Of a DNA stretch of 64,000 nucleotides, positions 1 to 9,587 are shown one piece after another. Both the position numbers and the translations under genes were made by a program. The stretch lies in NCBI GenBank assembly GCA_963663165.1, contig OY760175.1, forward strand, positions 96,001-160,000. Direction: 5' to 3'. Positions within the stretch are counted from its first letter, which is position 1; every line of letters starts with the position of its first letter. This stretch comes from an uncultured Desulfospira sp. (GTDB lineage Bacteria > Desulfobacterota > Desulfobacteria > Desulfobacterales > Desulfobacteraceae). A model generated the notes under the pieces. It saw only the letters and a list, made by a program, of their open reading frames with translations, searched no databases and was not told the DNA's origin.

Positions 1-541
1 CGCCGGACAGAAACAGCCCGGGAAGGCCCAGCTGGACAATTCCGTCAAAATATTCCAGCCACTGGAGACAGGCCGGAACCGGGGAGGTAAAAAATCTTAA
101 ATGCCTGAGCAGAACCACTAAAAAGGCATAGTGGAAGGCCAGTGCCCCTACCCACAGAAAAATTTCCCAGGAATAGGTCAGCCTGTTGGAAGCATTCCGG
201 TTGAACGCTGCTTTGGTGTTTCTAAACAAAGATCGGAAAACCAGAATTTCCAGAAGCATACGGACGAAAACACCGGCTGTGGTATCAGGGTTGTCAATGG
301 CGTTCTGTTTAATCCAGGGTAATGATTTCTGCTGTCCGCAAGTCGTGGGAATCTTGAACGGAACGGCAGACGCTGCCCAGCCCATGACCTTTTTGACAAA
401 GCCGGCCAGGAAGGCAATCACCGCCAGATAGGGAAATACAATCCCAAAGAACCATTGAAGCCCTGCTCCCTCAACCCCTGTATATGCTATCAGGAAAAGC
501 AGAAAAACTGCGACAAGGGGGACCAAGTACTTTTGATTCAT
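1..541 (-). CDS. dsrM: DsrM, cytochrome b subunit of the DsrMKJOP complex (5' part; runs off the left edge; missing from the ORF track)
   Basis: Manual translation from ATG at 541: MNQKYLVPLVAVFLL...FGIVFPYLAV...WAASAVPFKIPTTCGQQKSLPWIK...DNP...FRSLFRNT. This is the typical DsrM N-terminus; GAGGTGG RBS; directly follows dsrT. Confidence 0.9.
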   Translation of the reverse strand, partial: MNQKYLVPLVAVFLLFLIAYTGVEGAGLQWFFGIVFPYLAVIAFLAGFVKKVMGWAASAVPFKIPTTCGQQKSLPWIKQNAIDNPDTTAGVFVRMLLEILVFRSLFRNTKAAFNRNASNRLTYSWEIFLWVGALAFHYAFLVVLLRHLRFFTSPVPACLQWLEYFDGIVQLGLPGLFLSG

Positions 542-595
542 GATGTTAACCACCTCATTGTTACGCAGGACAAGCCTAAGATCTTGTCATGCACG

Positions 596-1111
596 TTAAA
601 ATTTATAAGAGCCCAGGAGGTCTTCTTCCGATAGCTCCTCTACTAAACCTGCCCTTTCAAATGCCCTGTGAATCCGCCGCTTGCTCTCAGTGGCCTTTAA
701 AAGGAAAATGTCTTCTTTGCACTTCAACAGTTTGTTAAAGCCCGCCAGGGCAATGTCGTCCACCATCCGGTCAAACTGCCGGAGCTGGTCAGAGGGGATA
801 ATGGATTCTCCAATGGTCTTTAAGGCAAAAATAAAGCTGACGGCTTCTGCCGCGGAAAACGCCTGGACCGCACGGATCCGGATCAGGGGATCCAATGTCT
901 TTTCAAGGATTTCCTGGTTATACCCCCCGGGTAAAAGGTCCAGAACGGCCTCCAGTGTTTCCCGGGTCACGGCACCGACGGGGTTGTCAAACCGGTCCAC
1001 ATTTTTTCCCAGGATTCGGGCGCTTTCTTTTGGATAAGTTTCAATGGTTGCCTTGAACCATTGTTTTAAAAATTCAGGCTTATTCTTTTTAACTGATTGT
1101 TTTACATTCAT
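596..1111 (-). CDS. dsrT: DsrT (RsbRD N-terminal domain protein)
   Basis: W...TYP...DRFDNPVG...LDPLIRIRAVQAFS...AVSFIFALK pattern; sits immediately upstream of dsrM. Confidence 0.85.
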   Translation of the reverse strand: MNVKQSVKKNKPEFLKQWFKATIETYPKESARILGKNVDRFDNPVGAVTRETLEAVLDLLPGGYNQEILEKTLDPLIRIRAVQAFSAAEAVSFIFALKTIGESIIPSDQLRQFDRMVDDIALAGFNKLLKCKEDIFLLKATESKRRIHRAFERAGLVEELSEEDLLGSYKF

Positions 1112-1322
1112 TTTACAGAAACGGCAACGGGGCCGCAGTCCTTTTTGTCTATGAAATAATTTTTAGAACGATATAAACTTACTTGGTTTTTATGTCAACC
1201 CCGGCGGTGTATAAAAAGCAGATAACACCGGTGCATTCCTTTAGTTTTCGGTTTATTTTTAGACGCAAATAAGATACCTTACCCCAAATCTTATTTCAAA
1301 TTTAAAATCGGCAGGGAAAAGG

Positions 1323-1844
1323 GTGCTCATGAGAAAAGTTCTTTTTGGTCAGGTATGTTGTCTGTTACTGGCGTCAACCGCGCTGGCAGGACCTTATGGG
1401 GTGTGCCTCGGGGTTGGTGCGGCCCACCATGATATTGATGTTTTCAGGGCAGGGGTTATACGGGAATTTTCACCCCGGTGGTTTGAAAGCCGGACCGGCT
1501 ACCTTTCCTGGTATGCTGAGCTGTCCTGCAATGCGTGGGCTCATGAGGGGGAGAAGGTTTACGGCATAGGGCTGTCTCCCGTGCTGGTTTATCATTTTGA
1601 AACCGGCAATCCGGCAATCCGGCCTTACATTGAAGCCGGAATCGGGGGGGCATATATAAATGATTACAGTATTAACAGCCAAAACCTTTCCTCGAATGTT
1701 TTGTTTGAAGACCGGATCGGTATAGGGGTCAGGATCCACAAATTTGATCTGAACCTGCGGTATATGCATTACTCAAACGCGGGCATTGAAAATCCCAACG
1801 ACGGACTTGATATATTTGTCGGTGCCCTTTCCTGGTATTTTTAG
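1323..1844 (+). CDS. pagL: Lipid A 3-O-deacylase / acyloxyacyl hydrolase (PagL family) outer-membrane beta-barrel
   Basis: Signal peptide, PYIEAGIG, FEDRIGIG, catalytic HYSNAGI..PNDG, C-terminal aromatic WYF. Confidence 0.85.
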   Translation: MLMRKVLFGQVCCLLLASTALAGPYGVCLGVGAAHHDIDVFRAGVIREFSPRWFESRTGYLSWYAELSCNAWAHEGEKVYGIGLSPVLVYHFETGNPAIRPYIEAGIGGAYINDYSINSQNLSSNVLFEDRIGIGVRIHKFDLNLRYMHYSNAGIENPNDGLDIFVGALSWYF

Positions 1845-2068
1845 CCGCGGGAGATATCCGCTTAAATTTTAAGGCTGTGGATGCCGCACCCAATGACATT
1901 TTGTGAAACAGGTTGTAGATTTCTGCTGATATGGTATACAATTTGCTGAACTATTCATAACGTCCGGTTTTAATAAGCCCGGATGATGAAAATGGGACTG
2001 TAACTGTATGAATTGATTCGGGGCCAAGTAAAGTTAATCGTAAAATAAAGTAAAAAAGGAGAAAGTGC

Positions 2069-2530
2069 ATGGAATTCAAATCTGTTGACGACATACTGGA
2101 ATTTGCCATCAACCGGGAAAAAGAAGCGGTTGAATTTTATACCTCCCTGGCCGCTGAGGCTACACGGGAAGCCCTTAAGGAAACTTTTGAATCCTTTGCC
2201 GGGGAAGAACAGAAACATGCGGACCTGCTGTCCGATATCTCGGGAAATAAGGCCAAAATTGATGCCTATGAATTCAAGCCGGTGACCAACCTTAAAATCA
2301 GCGACTACATGGTAGAGACCGAGTACAAACAGGGCATGCCCATGCCTGAAATTTTGAAAATTGCCATGAAAAGAGAGGAAAAGGCCGTTAAAATCTACAC
2401 CACCCTGGGAAACCAGACCGATAATGAAGATGCCAAAAAAGTTTTCAAAATACTGGTCCAGGAAGAGTCCAAGCATAAGCTGGCCTTAGAGACCATGTAT
2501 GATGATTATCTGGCCGACCAGGAAGGATAG
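2069..2530 (+). CDS. Ferritin-like / rubrerythrin family di-iron protein
   Basis: AINREKEAVEFY...EEQKH duplicated as AMKREEKAVKIY...EESKH; AGGAG RBS. Confidence 0.85.
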   Translation: MEFKSVDDILEFAINREKEAVEFYTSLAAEATREALKETFESFAGEEQKHADLLSDISGNKAKIDAYEFKPVTNLKISDYMVETEYKQGMPMPEILKIAMKREEKAVKIYTTLGNQTDNEDAKKVFKILVQEESKHKLALETMYDDYLADQEG

Positions 2531-2731
2531 CGGTTAAATCAACTTTTACCCGTCAGCTTTCGTTAAAAAAATCGGCAGTCCTTAATTCCCCTATGGGTAT
2601 TCCGGGCCAGTGATATTTTCATTGGCCCGGCATTTTTTTGAGACACCTGTCCCGATACAATCCGATCGGATTGTATCATTTCCCCCCTGTTTCGCTCCAG
2701 GGTAAGCGAATTTAGATAATAATAATTGAAT

Positions 2732-2789
2732 GGAGACCGGAGACCGGAATGCATATCCTTTAGGAATTTGCGATTTCCGGTCTCCGGCC
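2732..2789. repeat. Inverted heptamer repeat (GGAGACC family) forming a hairpin
   Basis: ggagacc ggagacc ggaa ... ttccgg tctccgg. Confidence 0.6.
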
Positions 2790-2855
2790 CCCTTTCTTCC
2801 GGGCTCCTTTTTTACATTGATTTTTGCACCCATCAAGGCCAAACTAAGGCGGAGC

Positions 2856-2911
2856 GCTAACCGCTAACAGCTATCAGCTAACCGCTAACAGCTAAAAGCT
2901 AACTGCAAAAC
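2856..2911 (+). repeat. Tandem heptamer array (GCTAAMM), 7-8 units
   Basis: gctaacc gctaaca gctatca gctaacc gctaaca gctaaaa gctaact gcaaaac. Confidence 0.9.
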
Positions 2912-2924
2912 CAAAGGACTCACC

Positions 2925-3716
2925 ATGACACAGAAAAAGACATTAAAGCTCATATCCTGGAATGTGAACGGGCTACGGGCGGTTATGAAAAAGGACTTTC
3001 AAGAAAGTGTTTCCCGTCTTGATCCGGATGTCCTTATGATCCAGGAAACCAAGCTCCAGGAAGACCAGAGAACTGATGAGATGATCCATCTCGGGCCCTA
3101 CCAGTCCTTTTGGGCCTACTCAACGGTGAAAAAGGGGTATTCCGGGGTGGCCTCCTTTACAAGAGTGCCGCCGCTGGCCGTAAAAACCGAATTTTCCCGG
3201 CCGGAATTTGACGGCGAGGGCCGGATCATCCAGATGGACTTCGAGGATTTTATCCTGTTTAATATTTATTTCCCCAATGGCCAGATGAGTGACGAGCGCC
3301 TGGCGTATAAACTGGATTTTTATGATTTTTTTCTGGAATATGCCCGGCAGCTCAGAGCAGAAGGAAAAAGCCTGGTTATCACCGGGGACTTTAACACGGC
3401 CCACAATGAAATCGACCTGAAGAATCCCGGCCCCAACTCAGACCGGTCGGGGTTTTTGAGGATAGAGCGGGATGTTTTAGACAAAATGGTGAACCAGGGA
3501 TATGTGGATACCTTCCGCCATTTTTATCCGGATACAGTTAAATATTCGTGGTGGTCCTACCGGTTTAATGCCAGAAAAAACAATGCCGGGTGGCGGATTG
3601 ACTATTTTTTTGTTACTCAGGATCTGATAGAAAAGAAACGGGTGGTATCGGCTTTCATTGATAACGACATTTTCGGTTCAGACCATTGCCCGGTGGGAAT
3701 TGAGATAGAAGTATAG
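2925..3716 (+). CDS. xth: Exodeoxyribonuclease III / AP endonuclease
   Basis: SWNVNGLRA, QETK, GYSGV, GDFNTAH, YSWWSYR, GWRIDY, SDHCPV motifs. Confidence 0.95.
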   Translation: MTQKKTLKLISWNVNGLRAVMKKDFQESVSRLDPDVLMIQETKLQEDQRTDEMIHLGPYQSFWAYSTVKKGYSGVASFTRVPPLAVKTEFSRPEFDGEGRIIQMDFEDFILFNIYFPNGQMSDERLAYKLDFYDFFLEYARQLRAEGKSLVITGDFNTAHNEIDLKNPGPNSDRSGFLRIERDVLDKMVNQGYVDTFRHFYPDTVKYSWWSYRFNARKNNAGWRIDYFFVTQDLIEKKRVVSAFIDNDIFGSDHCPVGIEIEV

Positions 3717-3762
3717 GCAGACCGGAGGACGGAGACCGGAAGACCGATGCCTTAAGTTTTCG

Positions 3763-3804
3763 GCTAAAAGCTAACAGCTAAAGGCTAACAGCTAACAGCT
3801 AAAA
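3763..3804 (+). repeat. Tandem heptamer array (GCTAAMR), 6 units, preceded by a GGAGACC-type arm at ~3718-3747
   Basis: gctaaaa gctaaca gctaaag gctaaca gctaaca gctaaaa. Confidence 0.9.
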
Positions 3805-3816
3805 ATAAAGAACGCC

Positions 3817-4239
3817 ATGTTAAATAAAAATCAGTTAAACGCCATAGACCATGTCATTCAAACCCACCTGATTGCCGCCGGCATAGACCATGTAATTTAC
3901 ATGGACATGAGCGGCAACGCCATTGCCAAGCATGACAGCGGCCAAACCAAACTGGATTCCACGGCCTTTGCCGCCCTGGCGGCAGGCAACTTTGCCGCCG
4001 TGGATGCCATGGCCAAACTGGTGGGAGAATCTGAGTTTTCGCTGTTGTTTCACAAGGGTGAAAAATCAAGCATTCATTTTAGTAAAGTCTGCGACAACAC
4101 GCTTTTGATCTCCATGTTCAATAAAGATGTCTCTTTAGGAATGGTCCGGTTAAAGGTGGCTGAGGCCATCAAGGCCATGGAAAAGGTTCTGGCGGATCCC
4201 GACATGAAATGGGACGACTTGGATCATTCAGGGGCATAA
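3817..4239 (+). CDS. mglB: MglB-like roadblock/LC7 protein (putative GAP)
   Basis: ALAAGNFAA..AMAKLVGESEFSLLFHKGEKSSIH...SLGMVRLK; adjacent to mglA. Confidence 0.9.
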   Translation: MLNKNQLNAIDHVIQTHLIAAGIDHVIYMDMSGNAIAKHDSGQTKLDSTAFAALAAGNFAAVDAMAKLVGESEFSLLFHKGEKSSIHFSKVCDNTLLISMFNKDVSLGMVRLKVAEAIKAMEKVLADPDMKWDDLDHSGA

Positions 4240-4257
4240 CGCCGTCAGGGGGCGGAT

Positions 4258-4863
4258 TTGACGCTTATCAATGTAAAAACCAGGGAAATTCAGATCAAGA
4301 TTGTTTACTACGGTCCGGGAAGGGGCGGCAAAACCACCAACCTCGAATATATTAACCGGACCTATCAAGATCAGATCAAAACCAAGATGGTCAGCCTGAA
4401 AACCCATGATGACCGGACCTTGTTTTTTGACTTTCTTCCCTTTGATATGGGAAAGATCAAAGGGTTTGATGTGACCATCCAGCTGTATACGGTCCCGGGC
4501 CAGGTCAAGTACAATGCCACCCGCCGCCTGGTGTTACGGGGGGTTGACGGCATTGTGTTTGTGGCCGATGTTCAAAAAGATCAGCGCAAAAAAAATATCG
4601 AGTCGTTAAACCAGCTTTATGAGAATCTTCAAACCTATTCCCTTGACCTGCTCAACATTCCCCTGGTCATGCAGTATAACAAGGTGGACCTAAAAAAGGC
4701 GGGGATTCCCATTTTGTCCTCCCAAATTCTGCAACGGGACCTGAACGGGGTGTTAAAGGTGCCGGCCTTTGAGGCCAGCGCCATTAACGGGGGAAATGTG
4801 ATCCCCACCCTTAAAAAAATTATATCCATTACCCTGGCATCTATCCAGGACCAGGTATTTTAA
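4258..4863 (+). CDS. mglA: MglA-type small Ras-like GTPase
   Basis: KIVYYGPGRGGKTTNL, DRTLFFDFLP, LYTVPGQV, GVDGIVFVAD, NKVD, EASA. Confidence 0.95.
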   Translation: MTLINVKTREIQIKIVYYGPGRGGKTTNLEYINRTYQDQIKTKMVSLKTHDDRTLFFDFLPFDMGKIKGFDVTIQLYTVPGQVKYNATRRLVLRGVDGIVFVADVQKDQRKKNIESLNQLYENLQTYSLDLLNIPLVMQYNKVDLKKAGIPILSSQILQRDLNGVLKVPAFEASAINGGNVIPTLKKIISITLASIQDQVF

Positions 4864-4873
4864 GGAGGTTGCT

Positions 4874-6616
4874 TTGGATCCCCTTGAAACAATACGGCAG
4901 CTTAAGTGCGCCATGGCGTCGGGTTATAAAGAAGAAGACACCCATGCCCTTCAACGCGCCCTTGATGACCTGAACGGCCGGGTTCAGGATACCCCTCCGG
5001 CAGCCAAGGTTCTTAAGATGATGCAGTCCATCGGCGCCTATCTGTCATCGAAAAAAGAGCGGGCGCATCCGGAGAGTATCCCGGTCCTGTTGGGGCTTTG
5101 CGACGGTTTTGAACGTCTGCTTTCACCGGAAAACCAGACGGGCAAAGCCGTTCAGGATATCCTTGCCCAAGCCCTTAAAACCTTCAAAGACTTAAAGGCC
5201 CAAATTGCGTCCCCGCCTTCCATGGGGAAAGAAGATATACAAGACCTCAAGGCCGCTGTTTTATCAGTGGACTGGGAGATTTCCGATACCACCCTGGCCC
5301 GGTTTGACCAGGTCATTCTCCAATTGTCAAAAAAGTTTGAGTCCAGCCGCCTTCATGCATCGTTCCTGAAGATCATGGGCAGCATGGGCACCTATATCGC
5401 CAAGAACAAGGCACAGTCCCACCCGGATTCCGTTACGCTGCTGCGATCCGTATTTCAGGATTATGAAGATATGGTCAGCCGGCCGGACATGGCCCCGGCA
5501 CAAAAAAAACAGCTGCTTGAAAAAAACATTGGCGCGTTCCAGGCCTTTAAAAATCAGATCCTTCAGCCGGGCAGGGGGCCTGCTCCCTCAACACAAGCAG
5601 ATGAGGACATGGCACCGGCCTTGTCCCATCTGAAAGGAACCACTTCAAAAAATCAGGATGCCCCGTTAAATACCCTTTCGGATCAGGATATGACCGAACC
5701 GCCGCCACCCTTGGGCCATGACCCTGCTGAGGCGGATTCCCAAGAAGCGTCAACGGTCATGGACGATCTGTTTTCCGCCAAGGAATCACCGGCAGATGAG
5801 CTGTTAGAGGCCATTCACCTGTCTGAACTCCACGGGAACGGTCCGGCAGGCGGCCCGGGATTTCCGGCACAAGAATCATCCCGGTCCCTGGAAGACGGGG
5901 TACAAAATTTTACCCCCCGCCGTCGGGATAATGACCCCATCCCTGAAATTGAAAGCCGGCTGGATGAATTTTTCAACTTAGAGCCCCCGGCAGCCGATCC
6001 GGATGAATCTGACCCGGCACCGGCTCTGTCAGGGATAGCGGACCGGGCTTTTGACCGTGAGGACATCAAGGCGGAATCTTCTTTGAACGTCCTTGAAGAA
6101 ACAGATGCGGTTTCACCCGGGGGCAGCGGGGAAGAGACCGATCCTGAGGCCGTGGTTCCCTTTCAATTTGAGGACGAGGTCTACGAGGACGAATCCGGCG
6201 GGGACAAGGCCGACCAGGATGAACCCGACCCGGGCGAACCCGACCAGGGCGAACCCTATGAGGAGGCATCTTATGGGGACGAGTCCTATGAAGAGAACCA
6301 GGATGAGGCCATTGATTCAAAATTGGTGTTCCAGAAGATTAAAACATGTATCAATGATCCGGAAAGCCTTTCAAGCCCATCGGTTCTCGATGCCTTTGAA
6401 ACGGATGTTCAGCGGTTTAAAGGGTACCGGGAAAATGATCCTGAAATGGGGGCGCTCCTGGATATGCTCACCCGGCTGGCCCGGTCGGTCCACCATCTTA
6501 ACGCTGACCGGATGGCATCACAATTTTCAGATCAGGATGCAACAGGGGATAAGGCAAAGAAGCCATCCCGGCCCTCTGGCTTTTGGGCCAAAATAGGCGC
6601 CATATTCAGAAGGTAA
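4874..6616 (+). CDS. Hypothetical protein: duplicated helical domain, long acidic/Pro-rich linker, C-terminal amphipathic helix
   Basis: 580-aa ORF, TTG start with AAGGAGG RBS; internal repeat LKMMQSIGAYL..AHPES / LKIMGSMGTYI..SHPDS; ends GFWAKIGAIFRR. Confidence 0.8.
   Translation: MDPLETIRQLKCAMASGYKEEDTHALQRALDDLNGRVQDTPPAAKVLKMMQSIGAYLSSKKERAHPESIPVLLGLCDGFERLLSPENQTGKAVQDILAQALKTFKDLKAQIASPPSMGKEDIQDLKAAVLSVDWEISDTTLARFDQVILQLSKKFESSRLHASFLKIMGSMGTYIAKNKAQSHPDSVTLLRSVFQDYEDMVSRPDMAPAQKKQLLEKNIGAFQAFKNQILQPGRGPAPSTQADEDMAPALSHLKGTTSKNQDAPLNTLSDQDMTEPPPPLGHDPAEADSQEASTVMDDLFSAKESPADELLEAIHLSELHGNGPAGGPGFPAQESSRSLEDGVQNFTPRRRDNDPIPEIESRLDEFFNLEPPAADPDESDPAPALSGIADRAFDREDIKAESSLNVLEETDAVSPGGSGEETDPEAVVPFQFEDEVYEDESGGDKADQDEPDPGEPDQGEPYEEASYGDESYEENQDEAIDSKLVFQKIKTCINDPESLSSPSVLDAFETDVQRFKGYRENDPEMGALLDMLTRLARSVHHLNADRMASQFSDQDATGDKAKKPSRPSGFWAKIGAIFRR
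6212..6301 (+). repeat. In-frame 15-bp tandem repeats (DQDEP DPGEP DQGEP YEEAS YGDES YEENQ)
   Basis: gaccaggatgaaccc gacccgggcgaaccc gaccagggcgaaccc tatgaggag... Confidence 0.7.
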
Positions 6617-6617
6617 G

Positions 6618-7100
6618 ATGATTTTCTTCTGCGAAGACTGCGGGGGGAAAAATGATCTGCCCCCCTGGATTTCTCAAAACGGGAAAGTGGTGTTCCAATG
6701 CCGCGCCTGCGGCTACAACAATTCCTATGCAGCCCCTTCCCCGGTGCTGTCCATCGAAAAACAACTCAAACAGCTTTCGGAAAAAATCAGGTCTTTTACC
6801 GAAATCATGGGGCTGTTTTTCTATGATTCGATCCTTGGCGTTCTTGAAAACCGGGTGCCGGTTTTAACGCCCAGAGACCTGCTGACCTTGGGCCGGACCT
6901 TTTCCCGGCAATACCAGGAGGGACTGGCCGTTTATTCCGACCTTGAGGGGATGCTCACCGTTATTTCTGACAAGCATTTTGCCGTCTTTCGCCTGGCGGA
7001 CAGCCTGTTTTTGATTCTTGTTTGCCAGACCGTATTCTTGCCTGATGAGGTGAAAACCCTGGTAAAACGGGCAGGCGACTGGGGCTTTTGGGAACAGTGA
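6618..7100 (+). CDS. Zinc-ribbon plus probable roadblock-like domain protein
   Basis: CEDC...CRAC at the N-terminus; C-terminal alpha/beta pattern (IMGLFFYD...FAVFRLADSLFLILVC); starts 1 nt after the upstream stop. Confidence 0.7.
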   Translation: MIFFCEDCGGKNDLPPWISQNGKVVFQCRACGYNNSYAAPSPVLSIEKQLKQLSEKIRSFTEIMGLFFYDSILGVLENRVPVLTPRDLLTLGRTFSRQYQEGLAVYSDLEGMLTVISDKHFAVFRLADSLFLILVCQTVFLPDEVKTLVKRAGDWGFWEQ

Positions 7101-7467
7101 CCATCCTCAGCCGGCCTTCGGGTTTTACCTGCAAAAAGACTATCGGCGAAGATGCTTAGGTGGTCGAAGCCTGGTCTTCTGTATCGGTGGCGGCCGGCGT
7201 GTTTCAAAATTCGCAAGGTTGGGAACCATAAAATAAGAGAACCCATTTATCCGTATTTATATTCGTCTCGATAGCCGGGTGAAACTGTCCTGATCGGCAC
7301 ACGATAACCAATTGAAAGAAAGTCAGATTTGTTTTAGTATGGGTCTCATATCCCAGCGATAATATAGAGACCCGGCATCCATTTTTTTAAATTCAAATAT
7401 GTTATTTTAACGTCATGGCCCGGATCAGGAGTCATCGTTTCTTTTAAAGTCAAATAGAGGAGATTGA

Positions 7468-8631
7468 ATGGTATCCGTTGATGCGAAACAGAAGATGCTT
7501 AAAATGATGGAATCGAAAAAAAAATTTCTGGAAAAATACAGACGGGCCAGACAATTGTTTAACGACCTGGTGGATAGCCAGGAACAGCTGTTATGTGGAC
7601 GCTTCCATAAAAAAGAAGGCAATGGCGCACCGGCCAGGATTGATGTTAAAGGTAACATTCAAGCCATCAACGAAATTATGGAAATGCTCTTTGAAACAGA
7701 TAGATTGATATTAAGCAGCATGAAAGACTATTTTTCCACCAATGATTACTTTTTCCAACACTCAGTGAGTGTCTGTTATATCGGAACCCTTGTGTTAAAC
7801 AGGTTCAACGAACTGTTTTCACAGTATATCAATAATATGCTCACGGCCAAATTCAAAGATAACCTGAAACACCGCCGACCGGATGAGATGACCCCGTTTT
7901 GTTACTATCCCCCTGAAGCCGTGCACACCATTTCCATCGGCTATCTCATCCACGATATGGGCAAAATAATGATCCATCCTTCCATGCTGAACAAACAAAG
8001 CGGATTGACTGCCAAGGAGCACAAGGAAATGGAAGAACATGTCGGGGAATATGGGACGGCTTTCCTGGAATTGAACGGTATTTACGACGTCTATGTGGAA
8101 AATATTATCAAACACCACCACGCGGCAATCTATGCTGATGAGGACAACGCTTATCCTGATTATTCATCCCCTTCAGACCTGCCGCCCTATGTTAAGATCT
8201 GCAAAATAGCGGATATATACAGCGCCATGACCTTGAAGCGAACCTACGGCGAAGCGGTGAATCCAACCAAAGTGGTCCATCAGATTTTTAAGGATTATTC
8301 AGGGCGTGATCCCATTTTGCAGCTTATTCTCTATTCATTTGTCAAAGAAATCGGTACCTGTCCTCCGGGAAGCATATTGACTTTGGAAAACGGCCAGTTC
8401 GTTTACGTGGTAAACAGCCAGGGGCCCCAGGTGATCATATTTACCGATCCGGACGGCCAGACCATTGAAGCAGCGGGTAAAATCATTGATCTTTCAAGTG
8501 CCAGCAGCAAACGTCAAAATTTGTTTGTTGACGGGGATCATCTTCCCAAAACGCCAATAGAGGTGTTTAACCGGCTTCCCGGCTATCTCCAGGAATTTCA
8601 TCAAGTGGGGGGGGCAGGCTTGACATTCTGA
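7468..8631 (+). CDS. HD-GYP-type phosphohydrolase (putative cyclic-dinucleotide phosphodiesterase)
   Basis: HSVSV, IHDMGK, EHV, HHH...AYP (GYP variant), IADIYSAM..R.Y, C-terminal PPGS..L.NG. Confidence 0.85.
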   Translation: MVSVDAKQKMLKMMESKKKFLEKYRRARQLFNDLVDSQEQLLCGRFHKKEGNGAPARIDVKGNIQAINEIMEMLFETDRLILSSMKDYFSTNDYFFQHSVSVCYIGTLVLNRFNELFSQYINNMLTAKFKDNLKHRRPDEMTPFCYYPPEAVHTISIGYLIHDMGKIMIHPSMLNKQSGLTAKEHKEMEEHVGEYGTAFLELNGIYDVYVENIIKHHHAAIYADEDNAYPDYSSPSDLPPYVKICKIADIYSAMTLKRTYGEAVNPTKVVHQIFKDYSGRDPILQLILYSFVKEIGTCPPGSILTLENGQFVYVVNSQGPQVIIFTDPDGQTIEAAGKIIDLSSASSKRQNLFVDGDHLPKTPIEVFNRLPGYLQEFHQVGGAGLTF

Positions 8632-8759
8632 CCTCTCTTGATAAAGTGAACGAATTGACGGAAAAAGGCTTTGAGGATTAAAATTTTTGGCCCCGGGTTT
8701 TACCAACGGCAAGGAACCAAACGGAAGGTTTTTTACAACCGCATTGCCAGGAGGCACTT

Positions 8760-9092
8760 TTGGGAACTGGAGACACACTGCGGGCATTGGGAACGGTTCA
8801 AACGGTCCGGGGGGTAGATCAGTACCTGATAACGGACAGGAACGGCAACATTCTTTTTCATTATATGGAACATCCTGAAAATGTGGCAAATCTTGTATTT
8901 TCCTGCGGCCGCAGCCTGTCGTCGCTTGGGAAAAATAAGTTTCGGTACACCGCCTTTTTTAGAAAAAATAAAAAAAATCTGTTGATTTTTTCTGTGGCCG
9001 GTTATTATCTCGGGGTAGTTAAAAAGAACGATGTGAATAACTTTGATACGGTTGCCGCTGTCATGGCGTTTTTAAAAAAGGTTCAGGCCTGA
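8760..9092 (+). CDS. Small roadblock/LC7-like protein
   Basis: TTG start with AGGAGG RBS; VRGVDQYLITDRNGNIL...LLIFSVAGYYLGVV roadblock-like pattern. Confidence 0.65.
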   Translation: MGTGDTLRALGTVQTVRGVDQYLITDRNGNILFHYMEHPENVANLVFSCGRSLSSLGKNKFRYTAFFRKNKKNLLIFSVAGYYLGVVKKNDVNNFDTVAAVMAFLKKVQA

Positions 9093-9137
9093 CCATTGAC
9101 CGGACCGGTTGAAAACAGTCGGGAATAGGGGGAAAAC

Positions 9138-9413
9138 ATGTCTGCACAAATGATCATATCCGTGTTTACGCTGATTATATATCTGATTATCATCTTTGTT
9201 TTCAACAAAGCCCGGGTCAAATATGCCGGGGGCAAGGTCGGCAAGGTCATCAACCTGATTCTGGTAACGGTCTGCCTCTTGTTTATCGCCGATTACGTCA
9301 CCATATTGGCCGGTGTGGTGGACAAAGAGCTGTTAGAAATTATCCGGGCCCTTTTCAGGACGGCTGCCCTGGCGTTTCTGGCCCTGGGCGGGGCCAAGGT
9401 CGCTGATTCATGA
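9138..9413 (+). CDS. Small membrane protein (about 3 TM helices)
   Basis: 91 aa, three hydrophobic segments, YAGGKVGKVI loop, purine-rich RBS. Confidence 0.75.
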   Translation: MSAQMIISVFTLIIYLIIIFVFNKARVKYAGGKVGKVINLILVTVCLLFIADYVTILAGVVDKELLEIIRALFRTAALAFLALGGAKVADS

Positions 9414-9416
9414 GCA

Positions 9417-9560
9417 GCGTTTGAACAAAAAGTCCCCCATCTGCTGTGTTACAGAAAAAACGGCAATCCTCACCACCGACAGGTTGCTCCGGTTGCCATT
9501 TTTTCTGGTTTCTGACCTTTAGGTTACGCCTTGCATCTGGGCAGCGTTTTGCCCAGACGC
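9417..9560 (+). repeat. Palindromic dispersed repeat (MITE/REP-like), copy 1
   Basis: gcgtttgaacaaaaagtcccccatctgc...gcatctgggcagcgttttgcccagacgc; homologous to the reverse complement of 36446-36570, with a ~19-bp insertion. Confidence 0.85.
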
Positions 9561-9587
9561 GGGATCTCGTCTATACAGAAAATGCCA

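Noticed and set aside
1145..1170. Rex-like operator upstream of dsrT (ctatgaaataatttttag)
   Set aside because: Too many mismatches to TTGTGAA-N4-TTCACAA to support without a position weight matrix.
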